Of a stretch of DNA of 64,000 bases, positions 1 through 10,167 are shown in pieces. A program made the position numbers and the translations under genes. The stretch spans positions 864,001 to 928,000 of the forward strand of contig JBJBCN010000002.1 of assembly GCA_047285805.1 (NCBI GenBank), written 5' to 3'. Origin of the DNA: Synechococcus sp. (GTDB lineage Bacteria; Cyanobacteriota; Cyanobacteriia; PCC-6307; Cyanobiaceae). Below the pieces are notes generated by a model. The model did no database searches and was not told the origin of the DNA. It worked only from the letters and a program-made list of their open reading frames with translations. Positions within the stretch are counted from its first letter, which is position 1. The number at the start of each line of letters is the position of its first letter.

Positions 1-464
1 AGATGGCGGCCTACCGAGCCGCGGCCGATTGCACGAGCCCAGATGGCCTCATCCAGCTGGCGGCCGACTGGGTGGATCGCTACGGCGCAATCCCCGCGCC
101 GGTCATCTCCCTCCTGCAGCTCATGGAGTTGAAGTTGCTGGCGAAACGCTGCGGCTTCTCCAGAATCAAACCGGAGAGACCCAACATCGCCCTCGAGACG
201 CCGATGGAGGAGCCGGCCTTCCGCCTGCTACGCCAGGGACTTCCCCAACACCTGCACGGAAGGCTGGTCTATCAGGCCAGTTCCGGCCACACCGCCAAGG
301 TGCTGGCCCGGGGGCTAGGGGTCCTGCCGATGGAGAAGCAGGTGGAGGAACTGATGAACTGGCTCAAGCAAATGGTCGAGCAGATCCCCGGTGCCGATGG
401 GCTCACCGACGCCCAACGGGCCGAACAGCTCAAGGCCAAAAACGAAGCGGTACTGGCGATTTAG
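1..464 (+). CDS. mfd: Transcription-repair coupling factor, C-terminal part (gene begins before the window)
   Basis: TRCF C-terminal domain pattern 'AAYRAAADC...W.DRYGAIPAPV..LLQLMELKLLAKRCGFSRIKPE'; stop TAG at 462-464. Confidence 0.9.
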   Translation, partial: MAAYRAAADCTSPDGLIQLAADWVDRYGAIPAPVISLLQLMELKLLAKRCGFSRIKPERPNIALETPMEEPAFRLLRQGLPQHLHGRLVYQASSGHTAKVLARGLGVLPMEKQVEELMNWLKQMVEQIPGADGLTDAQRAEQLKAKNEAVLAI

Positions 465-540
465 GCCGGCTGCGGGCGAAATACGAGCGAGCGACGCAAA
501 ATTCCGTTACAGTCTTAATGAAGCAATGTTACGGACATCC

Positions 541-729
541 ATGGGTCCTGCCCTAGGCGAAGTTATCGATCTCGGCACCGGCTTCGGCGGTGGTCTGAGC
601 CTGATCTCCGGGCTTGTTAGCCTGGTTGCTCTTGGAGTCTTCGCACTGCTCCAGTCGGACACCGGCAATGACGATGACGACTCCACACCGGGCGGCGGTC
701 TGATGCAGCCAGTGGGCAGCGCCGCCTGA
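541..729 (+). CDS. Small single-pass membrane protein with acidic tail (62 aa)
   Basis: ATG at 541; hydrophobic helix followed by 'NDDDDSTPGGGLMQPV', a tail I recall from small picocyanobacterial proteins. Confidence 0.6.
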   Translation: MGPALGEVIDLGTGFGGGLSLISGLVSLVALGVFALLQSDTGNDDDDSTPGGGLMQPVGSAA

Positions 730-793
730 CTCAATACAGACACGTATTCTTCGGTCTGCGGCGCCAGCCTCAGACCTTATCTATGCATTGGCC

Positions 794-2146
794 CTACTGA
801 ACCGGTGTAGCCAAAGCCGCAGGGACATTGGCACTTGCCGGGTTGTAGGGCCGAGACTTAGTCAGGCTGCTGGCCGCCTTCACCTGCTTGAGCAGCGTTG
901 ACTCCGCCACGCGGTACTGGCTGTCCTTCTGGGTGCCCAGGTCCTCCAACCGCAGACTTTGGATCTCACGGGCGCTGAGATTGATGCGCACATCTGGATC
1001 AATGCCGTGCTTGTGGATGTCACGGCCGCTGGGGGTTAGGTACTTGGCGATCGTGACGGTCACCCCCGATCCATCGATTAGCCCCCGCACCGATTGCACG
1101 AGGCCCTTACCGAAGGTGGTCTCACCGACGAGGACAGCGCGGTGGTTGTCCTGCAGGGCGCCGGAGAGAATTTCACTGGCGCTGGCTGAGCCCTCATTCA
1201 CCAGCACCACGACGGGGCGCTCGGTCAGAGCACGACCAACAGCCCGCTTGGTGTCTTGAATGCCATCGCGGGTCTTCGTCGAGACGATGACGCCCTCGTT
1301 GAGCCATTGACGCGCAATCGCGATGCTAGCCACCAGCAAACCGCCCGGGTTGCTGCGCAGATCCAGCACATAGCCCTGGACCTGCTGCTTCTCAAGACCC
1401 TTCAACGCCTGCGCCATGTCCTTGGCGGCATTGGCGTTGAACTGCTTCAGGCGGATGTAGCCAATCTTGGTGCCATCGGCACTGGTGTTCACCTGGGTGT
1501 CAACCGCATGCAGCTCAATCCGAGCCCGAACCAAGGGGGTATCAACCAGCTTGCCGTTCCGGCGCAGCTGCAGGGTCACCGTGCTGCCGGGCTTCCCTCG
1601 GATCAGCTTGACCGCATCCTCAGTCGTCATCCCCTTGGTGCTCTTGCCATCGATCGCCGTGATGACGTCCTTCGGCATCACCCCGGCACGAGACGCCGGA
1701 GACCCTTCGATGGGGCTCACAACCGTGAGCTCTTTGGTGTCCTTATCGAGGCTCAGCTGAATCCCGACCCCGGAGAGTTCCCCAGAGGTGTCGATCTGCA
1801 TCTCCTTGAATTCACGCGGATCGAGGAAGCGCGTGTAGGGATCGTCAAGGGTCGCCAACATCCCCCGAATCGCCTCATAGCTCTCCTTGGTGCTGCCGTA
1901 ACTCTTGGAGAGAACCTGGCGACGCAGGTCTTTCCACTTATCAGTGGTGTATTTGCCGTTGGTATCGAGATAGTCCCGGAAGACGATCTGCCAGGTCTGA
2001 TCAATGACTTCCTTGGGGCTGTCGCTCACCAGCGAGGCCGAACCCGGCAGCAGCAGCGGCGGTAGGGAGATGGCTCCAACCGCACCGGCGCCGGCGAGAA
2101 CAATCAAGGCACGATGACGGGAGCGGCTGCCGCGAGGCTGAGTCAT
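794..2146 (-). CDS. Carboxyl-terminal processing protease (S41 family, CtpA/CtpB-like)
   Basis: 'LDDPYTRF', PDZ 'GVGIQ', 'DLRSNPGG', catalytic 'SASASEI' and 'TFGKG'; start taken at ATG 2146. Confidence 0.93.
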   Translation of the reverse strand: MTQPRGSRSRHRALIVLAGAGAVGAISLPPLLLPGSASLVSDSPKEVIDQTWQIVFRDYLDTNGKYTTDKWKDLRRQVLSKSYGSTKESYEAIRGMLATLDDPYTRFLDPREFKEMQIDTSGELSGVGIQLSLDKDTKELTVVSPIEGSPASRAGVMPKDVITAIDGKSTKGMTTEDAVKLIRGKPGSTVTLQLRRNGKLVDTPLVRARIELHAVDTQVNTSADGTKIGYIRLKQFNANAAKDMAQALKGLEKQQVQGYVLDLRSNPGGLLVASIAIARQWLNEGVIVSTKTRDGIQDTKRAVGRALTERPVVVLVNEGSASASEILSGALQDNHRAVLVGETTFGKGLVQSVRGLIDGSGVTVTIAKYLTPSGRDIHKHGIDPDVRINLSAREIQSLRLEDLGTQKDSQYRVAESTLLKQVKAASSLTKSRPYNPASANVPAALATPVQ

Positions 2147-2247
2147 CAAGGCGCTCCTGACACCGGGAGATTGCTTCAACGTAGCTACAGTTCTCCGACC
2201 TAAGTTGACCTGAAAACCGGAGAAATCTGAGGGTTAACCGATGGCCC

Positions 2248-3471
2248 TCAGGGATCCACCCAACGGCCGTCTTCCTTGATCAAGGCAATCAAGGCCTCCA
2301 CGCCTTCGGCCTCGGGAACACGACGGATCTCGTCGCGGCCGCGATAAAGAGAAATCACGCCGGGGGTTTTGCCGACGTAGCCGTAGTCCGCATCGGCCAT
2401 CTCGCCGGGGCCATTGACGATGCAACCCATCACCGCTATGTCCAGACCGGTGAGGTGAGAGGTGGCGTTGCGCACCTTGTTGAGCACGTCCTCCAAGTTG
2501 AACAGGGTGCGGCCACAGCTGGGGCAGCTGACGTACTCGACCATGGTCTTGCGCAGACCCAGGGACTGCAGGATCGAGTAGCAGACAGGAATTTCCTTCT
2601 CTGGAGCCTCGGTAAGTGACACCCGAATCGTGTCGCCAAGGCCATCGGCCAAAAGGGTGGCAATACCCGCGGTACTCTTGATGCGGCCGTAGTCCCCATC
2701 GCCCGCCTCAGTCACACCCAGGTGCAGGGGGTAGTTGAAGCCCTCGGCGTCCATTCGGTCCGCCATCATCCGGTAGGCCGCCAGCATGACTGGAGCCCGC
2801 GACGCCTTCATCGACACAACGATGTTGTGGAAGTCGAGGCGATCGCAGATCCGGATGAACTCCAGGGCGCTCTCCACCATCCCGAGGGGGGTGTCGCCGT
2901 AGGTGAACAGCATCCGCTCCGCTAAGGAGCCATGGTTCACGCCAATGCGCAGCGCCTTGTCCTGTTCCTTCAGCAGGCTGACCAACGGTTCGAAGGTCTC
3001 GGTGATGCGCTCACCGACCTGTGCGATCTCCTCGGGGGTGAATTCGGTTCGATTCGGATCGGGCTTATCGAAGACGAAGAGCCCCGGGTTGATGCGGACC
3101 TTGTCGACATGATTCGCCACTTCCAGGGCGATCTTCATCCCGTTGTGGTGGACATCCGCCACCAGGGGCACGGGCTGGTAGGTGTCTTCCAGGCGTTTGC
3201 GGATCTCGCCCATCGCCTTGGCGTGGGCCAAGGACGGGACCGTGACGCGCACAATTTCACAGCCGGCTTTGTGTAGGCGGCGAATCCCTGCGGTGGCCCC
3301 CTCGATATCGAGGGTGTCCTCATTAATCATCGACTGAACCAACACGGGGTGATCGCTGCCGATCCAGAGGTCGCCGACGCGAACACTGCGGGTATGGCGA
3401 CGGCGAATGACCGTGTCGTAACGGGAGGACAGCTGCCCCGCCTCGGGCGTTGCGGTTAAGGAGGCTGTCAT
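2248..3471 (-). CDS. ispG: (E)-4-hydroxy-3-methylbut-2-enyl-diphosphate synthase
   Basis: 'VQSM', 'RINPG', 'RIGVNHGSL', 'HLGVTEAG', 'SCPSCGRT', '[10 protein letters not shown]'. Confidence 0.97.
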   Translation of the reverse strand: MTASLTATPEAGQLSSRYDTVIRRRHTRSVRVGDLWIGSDHPVLVQSMINEDTLDIEGATAGIRRLHKAGCEIVRVTVPSLAHAKAMGEIRKRLEDTYQPVPLVADVHHNGMKIALEVANHVDKVRINPGLFVFDKPDPNRTEFTPEEIAQVGERITETFEPLVSLLKEQDKALRIGVNHGSLAERMLFTYGDTPLGMVESALEFIRICDRLDFHNIVVSMKASRAPVMLAAYRMMADRMDAEGFNYPLHLGVTEAGDGDYGRIKSTAGIATLLADGLGDTIRVSLTEAPEKEIPVCYSILQSLGLRKTMVEYVSCPSCGRTLFNLEDVLNKVRNATSHLTGLDIAVMGCIVNGPGEMADADYGYVGKTPGVISLYRGRDEIRRVPEAEGVEALIALIKEDGRWVDP

Positions 3472-3508
3472 GGCAGCAGGGTTGGGCAGGCCGATTGGGG
3501 CAAGCCTG

Positions 3509-4108
3509 TCACAACGGAGCGTCCAATTGGGCCAAGCGGCGCTGCACATCCTGAAGGTCCTGCCAGGTGAGCCACTTGGGTGCCCCCCTCTCCTTGGAGG
3601 GATTGCGCAGGAGATAGGAGGGATGGAAGACCGGCATCAACCAGCGGCCCTCCCACTGGCGCCACTGGCCGCGGATCTTGGTCATCCCACCTTTGATTCC
3701 CAGCAACCCTTCCACGGCCGTCGCCCCCGCCAAGAGGATCACCGCCGGATCCACCAGGGCAATCTGGCGATCCAACCAGGGCTTGCAGGACGCCATCTCC
3801 AAGGCCATGGGCTTTCGGTTCTCCGGCGGACGGCATTTGACGATGTTGCAGACATAGGCATCGCGGTTGCTGTCGATGCCGACGCTCTCGAGCATCCGAT
3901 CCAGCAGCTGCCCCGAGCGCCCCACAAAGGGCTGTCCCTGCTTGTCCTCCTGGGCACCGGGCCCCTCGCCGATCACCATCAGACGGGCCTTGGGGTTGCC
4001 GCGGCTCACCACCACTTGACTGCGGCTGCTGCCCAACTTGCAGAGGCGGCAGGCATCGCAACTCTCCGCCAAGGAAGCCAGATCCTGTTCAAGGGAGGTG
4101 GCCGTCAT
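3509..4108 (-). CDS. Uracil-DNA glycosylase family 4
   Basis: 'C..C.LC', 'GEGPG..ED..G.PFVG..G', 'KCRPPENR', 'FHPSYLLRN'. Confidence 0.93.
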   Translation of the reverse strand: MTATSLEQDLASLAESCDACRLCKLGSSRSQVVVSRGNPKARLMVIGEGPGAQEDKQGQPFVGRSGQLLDRMLESVGIDSNRDAYVCNIVKCRPPENRKPMALEMASCKPWLDRQIALVDPAVILLAGATAVEGLLGIKGGMTKIRGQWRQWEGRWLMPVFHPSYLLRNPSKERGAPKWLTWQDLQDVQRRLAQLDAPL

Positions 4109-4118
4109 CGCCCTGCAA

Positions 4119-4526
4119 TCACTCGCGCGCCTCTCTAGCAATCAGCAGCAGCGCATTGCCTTCGGGATCGTTCAGCCAGGCCTCCCAACCAAAGGACTCC
4201 TGGCGCGAAGGCTCCAGCAGCTGGCCGCCGTGCTCCTGGGCCCTAGTGATCGCGGCCCCCAGTCCCGTCTCACCGCCACTGAGCTCGAGAGCCAAGGCAA
4301 GACGTCCCCGCTGCCTGGGTAGGGCCCGAGAGCGACTGGGGGCATAGACATCAAGCCAGATGGATCCCGGCAAGGGCACCCTCCAGTGGGACGCGCTCAA
4401 ACCCGGCTCCGCGGCGGCACCACAGACGTGGCCGTAGAAGCGGGCCAAGCCCGCGGGTTCGTCGGCCGCCAACACCAGGCCAACGAACGGTGATGGTGCA
4501 GCTGACATCGAAATGGGGCCCGGCAT
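4119..4526 (-). CDS. VOC/glyoxalase family protein
   Basis: 'LARFY' near N-terminus and 'ESFGWEAWLNDPEGN' at C-terminus. Confidence 0.75.
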   Translation of the reverse strand: MPGPISMSAAPSPFVGLVLAADEPAGLARFYGHVCGAAAEPGLSASHWRVPLPGSIWLDVYAPSRSRALPRQRGRLALALELSGGETGLGAAITRAQEHGGQLLEPSRQESFGWEAWLNDPEGNALLLIAREARE

Positions 4527-4590
4527 GCGGCAGGATGCACAACAACACCGGTAAGCCGCAAGGCGTTACCCCCCTGACGTCGCTGCTCGA

Positions 4591-5769
4591 ATGCCGCGCC
4601 CGTTGAAACTCTCCGCCCGGGCCCAAGCGCTGCAGCCCTCGTTGACGCTGGCGATCGCGGCCCGCGCCAAGGCCCTGAAGGCTGACGGACGGGACATCTG
4701 CAGTCTGAGCGCCGGCGAACCAGATTTCGATACTCCAGCCTTCATCCGCCAAGCCGCGGCCCAAGCACTCGAGAGAGGTCTGACCCGCTACGGCCCCGCC
4801 GCCGGCGAACCGGCCCTGCGGGAGGCCATCGCCCAAAAACTGACCCATGAGAACAAAGTCCCCACAAGCGCCGACCAGGTCCTGGTTACCAACGGTGGCA
4901 AGCAGGCGCTCTACAACCTCTTTCAGGTCTTGCTGGAGCCGGGCGATGAGCTACTGCTCCCTGCTCCCTACTGGCTGAGCTATCCGGAGATGGCCCGTCT
5001 GGCTGGGGCCTCGGTTCGCCTGATCCCGAGCTCCGCCGCCGAAGGCTTCCGGTTGGATCCCGAGCGACTGGAAGCGGCGATCATCCCGGCGAGCAAGCTG
5101 CTGGTCCTCAACAGTCCCGGCAACCCCACCGGCACAGTTCTCAGCCGCAGCGACCTGGAAGCGATTGCCGAGGTACTCCGCCGCCATCCCCAGGTGGCCG
5201 TGGTCTGCGACGAGATCTACGAGTTCCTACTGGCCCCGGGCCACAGCCACCAAAGCTTCGCGGCCATTGCCCCCGACTTGGCCGATCGCGTCTTCACGGT
5301 GAATGGCTTCGCCAAGGGCTGGGCGATGACGGGCTGGCGAATCGGTTGGTTAGCCGGCAACAGCGCAGCCCTCAAGGCCGCGAGTGCCCTGCAAAGCCAA
5401 AGCACCAGCAATGTCTGCACCTTCGCCCAATACGGGGCCCTAGCGGCGATGACCGGCTCCCGCGATTGCGTGCAGACCATGGCCGCCCAATTCACCCATC
5501 GGCGTCAGCTGCTCAGCGATGGCCTCCAGGCAATCAACGGCGTCCAACTCTTGCCCCCCCAAGGAGCCTTCTACGCCTTCCCAAACATCAGCAGCAGCGG
5601 CCTGGACTCGATGGTGTTCTGCGAGCGCTTGCTCGAAGAGCAGGGTTTGGCGGTGGTGCCCGGTGGCGCCTTCGGCGACAACGACTGCATTCGACTCTCC
5701 TGCGCCGCCTCCGATGCCACGATCCAGGACGGCCTGGCCCGGCTGCGGCGCTTCATCGAAAGCTTCTAA
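4591..5769 (+). CDS. aspC: PLP-dependent class I aminotransferase (aspartate aminotransferase-like)
   Basis: 'SAGEPDFDTP', 'NSPGNPTG', 'DEIY', 'GFAKGWAMTGWRIG'. Confidence 0.88.
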   Translation: MPRPLKLSARAQALQPSLTLAIAARAKALKADGRDICSLSAGEPDFDTPAFIRQAAAQALERGLTRYGPAAGEPALREAIAQKLTHENKVPTSADQVLVTNGGKQALYNLFQVLLEPGDELLLPAPYWLSYPEMARLAGASVRLIPSSAAEGFRLDPERLEAAIIPASKLLVLNSPGNPTGTVLSRSDLEAIAEVLRRHPQVAVVCDEIYEFLLAPGHSHQSFAAIAPDLADRVFTVNGFAKGWAMTGWRIGWLAGNSAALKAASALQSQSTSNVCTFAQYGALAAMTGSRDCVQTMAAQFTHRRQLLSDGLQAINGVQLLPPQGAFYAFPNISSSGLDSMVFCERLLEEQGLAVVPGGAFGDNDCIRLSCAASDATIQDGLARLRRFIESF

Positions 5770-5802
5770 GGCCAAAATTGTGAATCGGCCTGTAATCCGT
5801 AC

Positions 5803-6756
5803 ATGACCATCCGCTTCACCGGCCGAGAACCTTGGACCTTCGTGGCCTTGGGCGCCTCGCTTCTGCTGCCGGCGGTAGCCACCCCTCTGCCCTTGATAAG
5901 CAGTGTCCTCACCCCCGCAGCCGTTGCACAGACGAACAAACAAATGCTGCGGATCGGTGCCATTCCCGATCAGAAGCCAGAGAAGCTGAACCGGCTCTAC
6001 GGATTGGTCGCCAATGAACTCAGCAAGCAGCTTGGTGTTCCCGTCAAATATGTCCCCGTCACGAACTACGCCGCGGCGGTCAGTGCCTTCCGCACCGGCA
6101 ATTTGGATCTGGTCTGGTTTGGCGGCCTGACAGGCGTCCAGGCCAGGCTGCAGAAACCCGGCTCCCAGGTAATCGCCCAACGCGACATCGACGCCAAGTT
6201 CCAATCGGTCTTCATCGCGAATAGCAAGAGCCAGCTGAAACCGATCAGCAGCATCAAAGGCCTGAAGGAGCTAGAGAGCAAGCGCGTCACCTTCGGTTCC
6301 CAGAGTTCCACCTCAGGGCGCCTGATGCCCCAGTACTTCCTGATGCAGGCCGGGGTGAAACCCAGCCAGTTCGCCGGTGGAGCGCCTGGCTTCAGCGGCA
6401 GCCATGACGCCACCGTGGCCCTGGTGCAGAGCGGCGCCTATGACGCCGGTGCCCTGAACAAACAGGTCTGGGAAGCCAACCTGGCCAGCGGCAAAGCCAA
6501 CAAGGCCAAGGTGTACGCGCTCTGGACAACCCCCGGGTACCCCGACTACCACTGGATCGCCCAGTCCGACCTGAACCAGCGCTTTGGAGCCGGCTTCACG
6601 GACAAGCTGCGTCAGGCGATCTTGAGCTGGCGCAACAGCAACCCTGAGCAGAAGGCGATCCTGGAGCTCTTCGGGGCCCAGCGCTTCATCGGGGCGCAGG
6701 CCAGGGATTACGCCAAGATCGAGCAGGTGGGCCGGCAAATCGGCAAGATCCGCTAA
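5803..6756 (+). CDS. phnD: PhnD-type (phosphonate/phosphite/'selenate') ABC substrate-binding protein
   Basis: Signal peptide; 'GAIPDQ', 'WFGGLTGVQAR', 'SSTSGRLMP', 'SGSHDAT', 'YPDYHW'. Confidence 0.85.
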   Translation: MTIRFTGREPWTFVALGASLLLPAVATPLPLISSVLTPAAVAQTNKQMLRIGAIPDQKPEKLNRLYGLVANELSKQLGVPVKYVPVTNYAAAVSAFRTGNLDLVWFGGLTGVQARLQKPGSQVIAQRDIDAKFQSVFIANSKSQLKPISSIKGLKELESKRVTFGSQSSTSGRLMPQYFLMQAGVKPSQFAGGAPGFSGSHDATVALVQSGAYDAGALNKQVWEANLASGKANKAKVYALWTTPGYPDYHWIAQSDLNQRFGAGFTDKLRQAILSWRNSNPEQKAILELFGAQRFIGAQARDYAKIEQVGRQIGKIR

Positions 6757-6769
6757 TTCCAGGAGCAGA

Positions 6770-7033
6770 ATGCGGGGGTTCGGCGTAATCCCCTCGTTGT
6801 CCACGACCCTGCTTACTGACCTGCTGCTGCTGGTAGCTGGCCTGCTGCTTTGGCAGCGGAGCTGCAGCGATGGGGATGAGGTATGGGTGCTGTTTCTCCG
6901 CTCGATTGCCGCCATCGACCTGGCGGTGATCCTCTTAAGCAATGGGGTCCTCTGGCTGGAGATCCCCTTGCTCGTTTTGGTCTTTGGCCTGCCGTCGGTA
7001 GCCAAATTGGAAAAACGGGAGGGTCGCGGATGA
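6770..7033 (+). CDS. Hypothetical membrane protein (87 aa)
   Basis: ATG preceded by AGGAG; about three hydrophobic segments. Confidence 0.55.
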   Translation: MRGFGVIPSLSTTLLTDLLLLVAGLLLWQRSCSDGDEVWVLFLRSIAAIDLAVILLSNGVLWLEIPLLVLVFGLPSVAKLEKREGRG

Positions 7034-7116
7034 ACCCGCGCGGCCCCGACGTCATTGAACTCACCCTGGTAGGCCTGATCCTGGCCCTGATGGTGTTCCG
7101 CTTTACCCAGACCTAA
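7030..7116 (+). CDS. Putative 28-aa hydrophobic micro-protein
   Basis: ATGA overlap with the upstream stop; MNPRGPDVIELTLVGLILALMVFRFTQT; ends 7 bp before phnC. Confidence 0.4.
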   Translation: MNPRGPDVIELTLVGLILALMVFRFTQT

Positions 7117-7123
7117 CGGCCCC

Positions 7124-7873
7124 ATGCCTGCACCCGTCCTGGAGTTGAGGGGTGTCCGCGTCAACGGGCGCCAGCAGCCCAGGCTCGATCGGATTGACCT
7201 AAGCGTTCAGCCCGGGGAGCGGATTGCCCTGTTGGGTCCAAGCGGTGCGGGTAAGAGCACACTTCTCGCGGTCGCCAACGGGCTCCAGCCGATTGATCAA
7301 GGGCAGGTGCTCTGGTCCAGTGAGCCCATCGCCAAGCGCGCCGGGCTTAGACGGCGGCAACAGCGGCAGATTGGAACGCTCTGGCAGGACCTGCGCCTGA
7401 TCAACGAACTCAGCGTGCAACAGAACCTCAACTGCGGCCGACTCGCGCAATGGGGCTGGCCCCGGGCACTCCTGAACCTGCTCCTGCCCCTGGAGACCGA
7501 GGCCTGCAGCGCATCGCTGCGGCAACTCGATCTGGATCCAAGCCTGCTGAACCAGTCGGTGGCGGACCTCTCCGGCGGCCAACGGCAACGGGTCGCCATC
7601 GCACGGCTGCTGCGGCAGGACCCCGTGCTCTGGCTCGCCGATGAACCCCTCTCCAGCCTGGATCCACGGCTGGCCAGGGAGTTGCTGGCGCTCCTTCTGC
7701 TGCAGACCGAGGCACCGAGGGCACTGGTGATGAGCCTGCACCGACCCGATCTGTTGGCGGGCTTCAGCCGCGTGATGGGTCTGCGGGAGGGGCGGATTCT
7801 CTTTGATGTCCCCGCCAGCGCCCTCGAAGACGAGGCCCTGCAGTGCCTCTACGCCGGTACGCCTGCCCCTTGA
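7124..7873 (+). CDS. phnC: PhnC-type ABC ATPase
   Basis: Walker A 'GPSGAGKS', signature 'LSGGQRQRVAIAR', 'ADEPLSSLDP'. Confidence 0.85.
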   Translation: MPAPVLELRGVRVNGRQQPRLDRIDLSVQPGERIALLGPSGAGKSTLLAVANGLQPIDQGQVLWSSEPIAKRAGLRRRQQRQIGTLWQDLRLINELSVQQNLNCGRLAQWGWPRALLNLLLPLETEACSASLRQLDLDPSLLNQSVADLSGGQRQRVAIARLLRQDPVLWLADEPLSSLDPRLARELLALLLLQTEAPRALVMSLHRPDLLAGFSRVMGLREGRILFDVPASALEDEALQCLYAGTPAP

Positions 7874-9405
7874 AAGTCTCGGCGCCGCTAAAGGTTCTGG
7901 TCCCGGCCGCGGTGATCCTGCCCATGGCTCTCGTGCTGCCGGGTCTCTGCCATGGCGGGGGGTGGGAGCTGATCGGGGCCTTCGCGACGGCGGCCATGCA
8001 GCCCTCCCTCGATCCGGTCGTCCTCGAATCCCTCTTCAGGGGGCTGGGGGTGACGGTCGGGGTAGCCCTAGTGGGCTGGGCCCTGAGCCTGCTACTGGGC
8101 CTAGTGTTGGGAATGGCGAGCTCGCGCCTGGTCTGGACGACGCTCCTCGGAGGAGCTTGGCCCGCGGAGTTGTTGCGCCGACTGCTGGCCCTGCCCCGCT
8201 CGATCCATGAACTGATTTGGGGCCTGCTGCTGCTGCAGGTTCTCGGACTGCAGCCAGCGGTGGCCGTGCTGGCGATCGTGATCCCCTATGCAGCCTTGGT
8301 GGCCCGGGTGATCAGCGATCAACTCGACGCCTTGCCGAATCAACCTCTGCAGGCCCTACTCAGCGCGGGCAGCAACGGCCCGGCGGCATTGATCAGTGCG
8401 ATCGCTCCTCCGCTGCTGCCGAGTGCGATCAGCTATGGCGGCTACAGGCTGGAGTGCGCCCTTCGCAGCGCGACCCTGCTGGGGGTCTTTGGCCTGGGGG
8501 GCCTGGGCAATGAACTGCTGCTGACACTCCAGTCCTTGGAGTTTCGCGAGCTATGGAGTGGCCTCTGGCTCCTGCTAGCGGTGATGTTCGGCCTGGAGAG
8601 CCTGATTCGCGCCCTGCGACAACGCTGGGGTGTGCACAACCGCTTTAGCCGCAGCCAGGCGGGGGTTGGGCGCCGGGGCCAAGAGCTCCTGCTGCTCATT
8701 CTGGCCCTGGTGCCCCTCTTGATCGCCATCGCCCGCAGGCTGGGCATCGATCCCGCAGCCCTGCTCCAGTGGCAAGTGCTGCCGCCCATGGACCTGAGCC
8801 ACTGGCGGGAGGCCTTGACCCTGCCCTGGGCACACATGATCAGCAACACCCTGGGCCTGACCCTGCTGGCGGCCTGCCTGGCGGTGGGGGGCGCGCCACT
8901 GCTGCTCCTGCTGGTGGCCCCCTGGCGGCTGGGGCAGCTCGTGCTGAGGATGCTCTGGGCGCTGGGCCGGCTATGGCCACCGCCGCTCACGGCGCTCTTG
9001 CTCCTCTTTGTCTTCAAGCCCGGGATCTGGACGGCCGCGCTGGCCTTGGGCTTCCACAACCTGGGAATCCTGGGTCGGCTGTTGCTGGAGGGGGCGGAGT
9101 CCTGCAGCGACGCTCCGGAGGCATCACTGCGCGGCCAAGGCGTGGGGCCACGGGTCGCGATGCTCTACGGACGCTTCAGCGGCCTTGCCCACTCCTACCT
9201 GGCCTACGGGGCCTACCGCAGCGATGTGATCCTGCGGGAGACCGTCGTGGTCGGCCTGATGGCGGGGACTGGCCTGGGATCACAACTGCAGGAAAGCCTG
9301 AGTTCCTTTGCCTGGGATCAGATCGCCCTGTTGATGGTGGTCTATGCGGTCCTGACCCTAGTGGGTGAAGATCTGAGCGACCGCGCCCGGCGGCGCCTGC
9401 TTTAA
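7843..9405 (+). CDS. phnE: PhnE-type ABC permease (two fused permease domains)
   Basis: 'RSIHELIWGL', 'YRLECALRSATLLG..GLGGLG', second repeat 'YRSDVILRET.VVGL'; exact start uncertain. Confidence 0.85.
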   Translation: MPLRRYACPLKVSAPLKVLVPAAVILPMALVLPGLCHGGGWELIGAFATAAMQPSLDPVVLESLFRGLGVTVGVALVGWALSLLLGLVLGMASSRLVWTTLLGGAWPAELLRRLLALPRSIHELIWGLLLLQVLGLQPAVAVLAIVIPYAALVARVISDQLDALPNQPLQALLSAGSNGPAALISAIAPPLLPSAISYGGYRLECALRSATLLGVFGLGGLGNELLLTLQSLEFRELWSGLWLLLAVMFGLESLIRALRQRWGVHNRFSRSQAGVGRRGQELLLLILALVPLLIAIARRLGIDPAALLQWQVLPPMDLSHWREALTLPWAHMISNTLGLTLLAACLAVGGAPLLLLLVAPWRLGQLVLRMLWALGRLWPPPLTALLLLFVFKPGIWTAALALGFHNLGILGRLLLEGAESCSDAPEASLRGQGVGPRVAMLYGRFSGLAHSYLAYGAYRSDVILRETVVVGLMAGTGLGSQLQESLSSFAWDQIALLMVVYAVLTLVGEDLSDRARRRLL

Positions 9406-9411
9406 CCCTCC

Positions 9412-10089
9412 ATGGTCTTGGCCATTCCCCGTAAGTTGATCGTGCTCGGGGACAGCGGTGTATACGGCTGGGGGGATCCCGAAGAAGGGGGATGGTGCGA
9501 GCGGCTGCGGCGCGACTGGATGGGCCTGCCAGGGGGACCGGTGCTCTACCCCCTAGGCGTCCGCGGAGATGGACTGGAGCGTGTGGCAGCGCGCTGGGCC
9601 AGTGAATTCGCCAGCCGTGGGGAACTGCGGCGGCAGCAGCCCCAAGGAATCCTTCTCTCGGTCGGCTTAAACGACACCGCCCGGGTGGGGCGCCAGGACG
9701 GTCGCCCTCAACTGGACCCCGAAGCCTTTCTCTTCGGCCTGCAGCAGCTGCTCAAGCAACTGCAAACGGCAGCGCCGCTTCTGGTGCTGGGGCTGACCCC
9801 GGTGGATGAGCACATGATGCCCTATGCCGATGTGCTCTGGTACGGGAACGAGCAGATCCGTAAGTACGAGGGGCTGTTAGAGGAGGCCTGTATGGAGGCC
9901 GACGTTCCATTCCTGCCGCTGTTGGACAACTTGATGGCGGATCCGGACTGGCTGCAATGGCTCTCCCCCGATGGGATCCACCTGAACAGCGAAGGACACC
10001 GTCAGATCTACGAACGGTTGCACCGCTGGGGCCCGCTGTTGGGCTGGGCGAACCTTCAGCCCAACAGCGCCGGGACCCCCCTCTACTGA
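9412..10089 (+). CDS. GDSL/SGNH hydrolase
   Basis: 'GDS', 'GVRGD', 'GLND', 'DGIHLN..GH'. Confidence 0.9.
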   Translation: MVLAIPRKLIVLGDSGVYGWGDPEEGGWCERLRRDWMGLPGGPVLYPLGVRGDGLERVAARWASEFASRGELRRQQPQGILLSVGLNDTARVGRQDGRPQLDPEAFLFGLQQLLKQLQTAAPLLVLGLTPVDEHMMPYADVLWYGNEQIRKYEGLLEEACMEADVPFLPLLDNLMADPDWLQWLSPDGIHLNSEGHRQIYERLHRWGPLLGWANLQPNSAGTPLY

Positions 10090-10167
10090 GGGAAATCAGA
10101 CCCCCTCAAGAGTGAGCCAGCCAGCGGCCCAAGCAGTTGAGAGTGAGGACAGAGCAATGGATCCACC

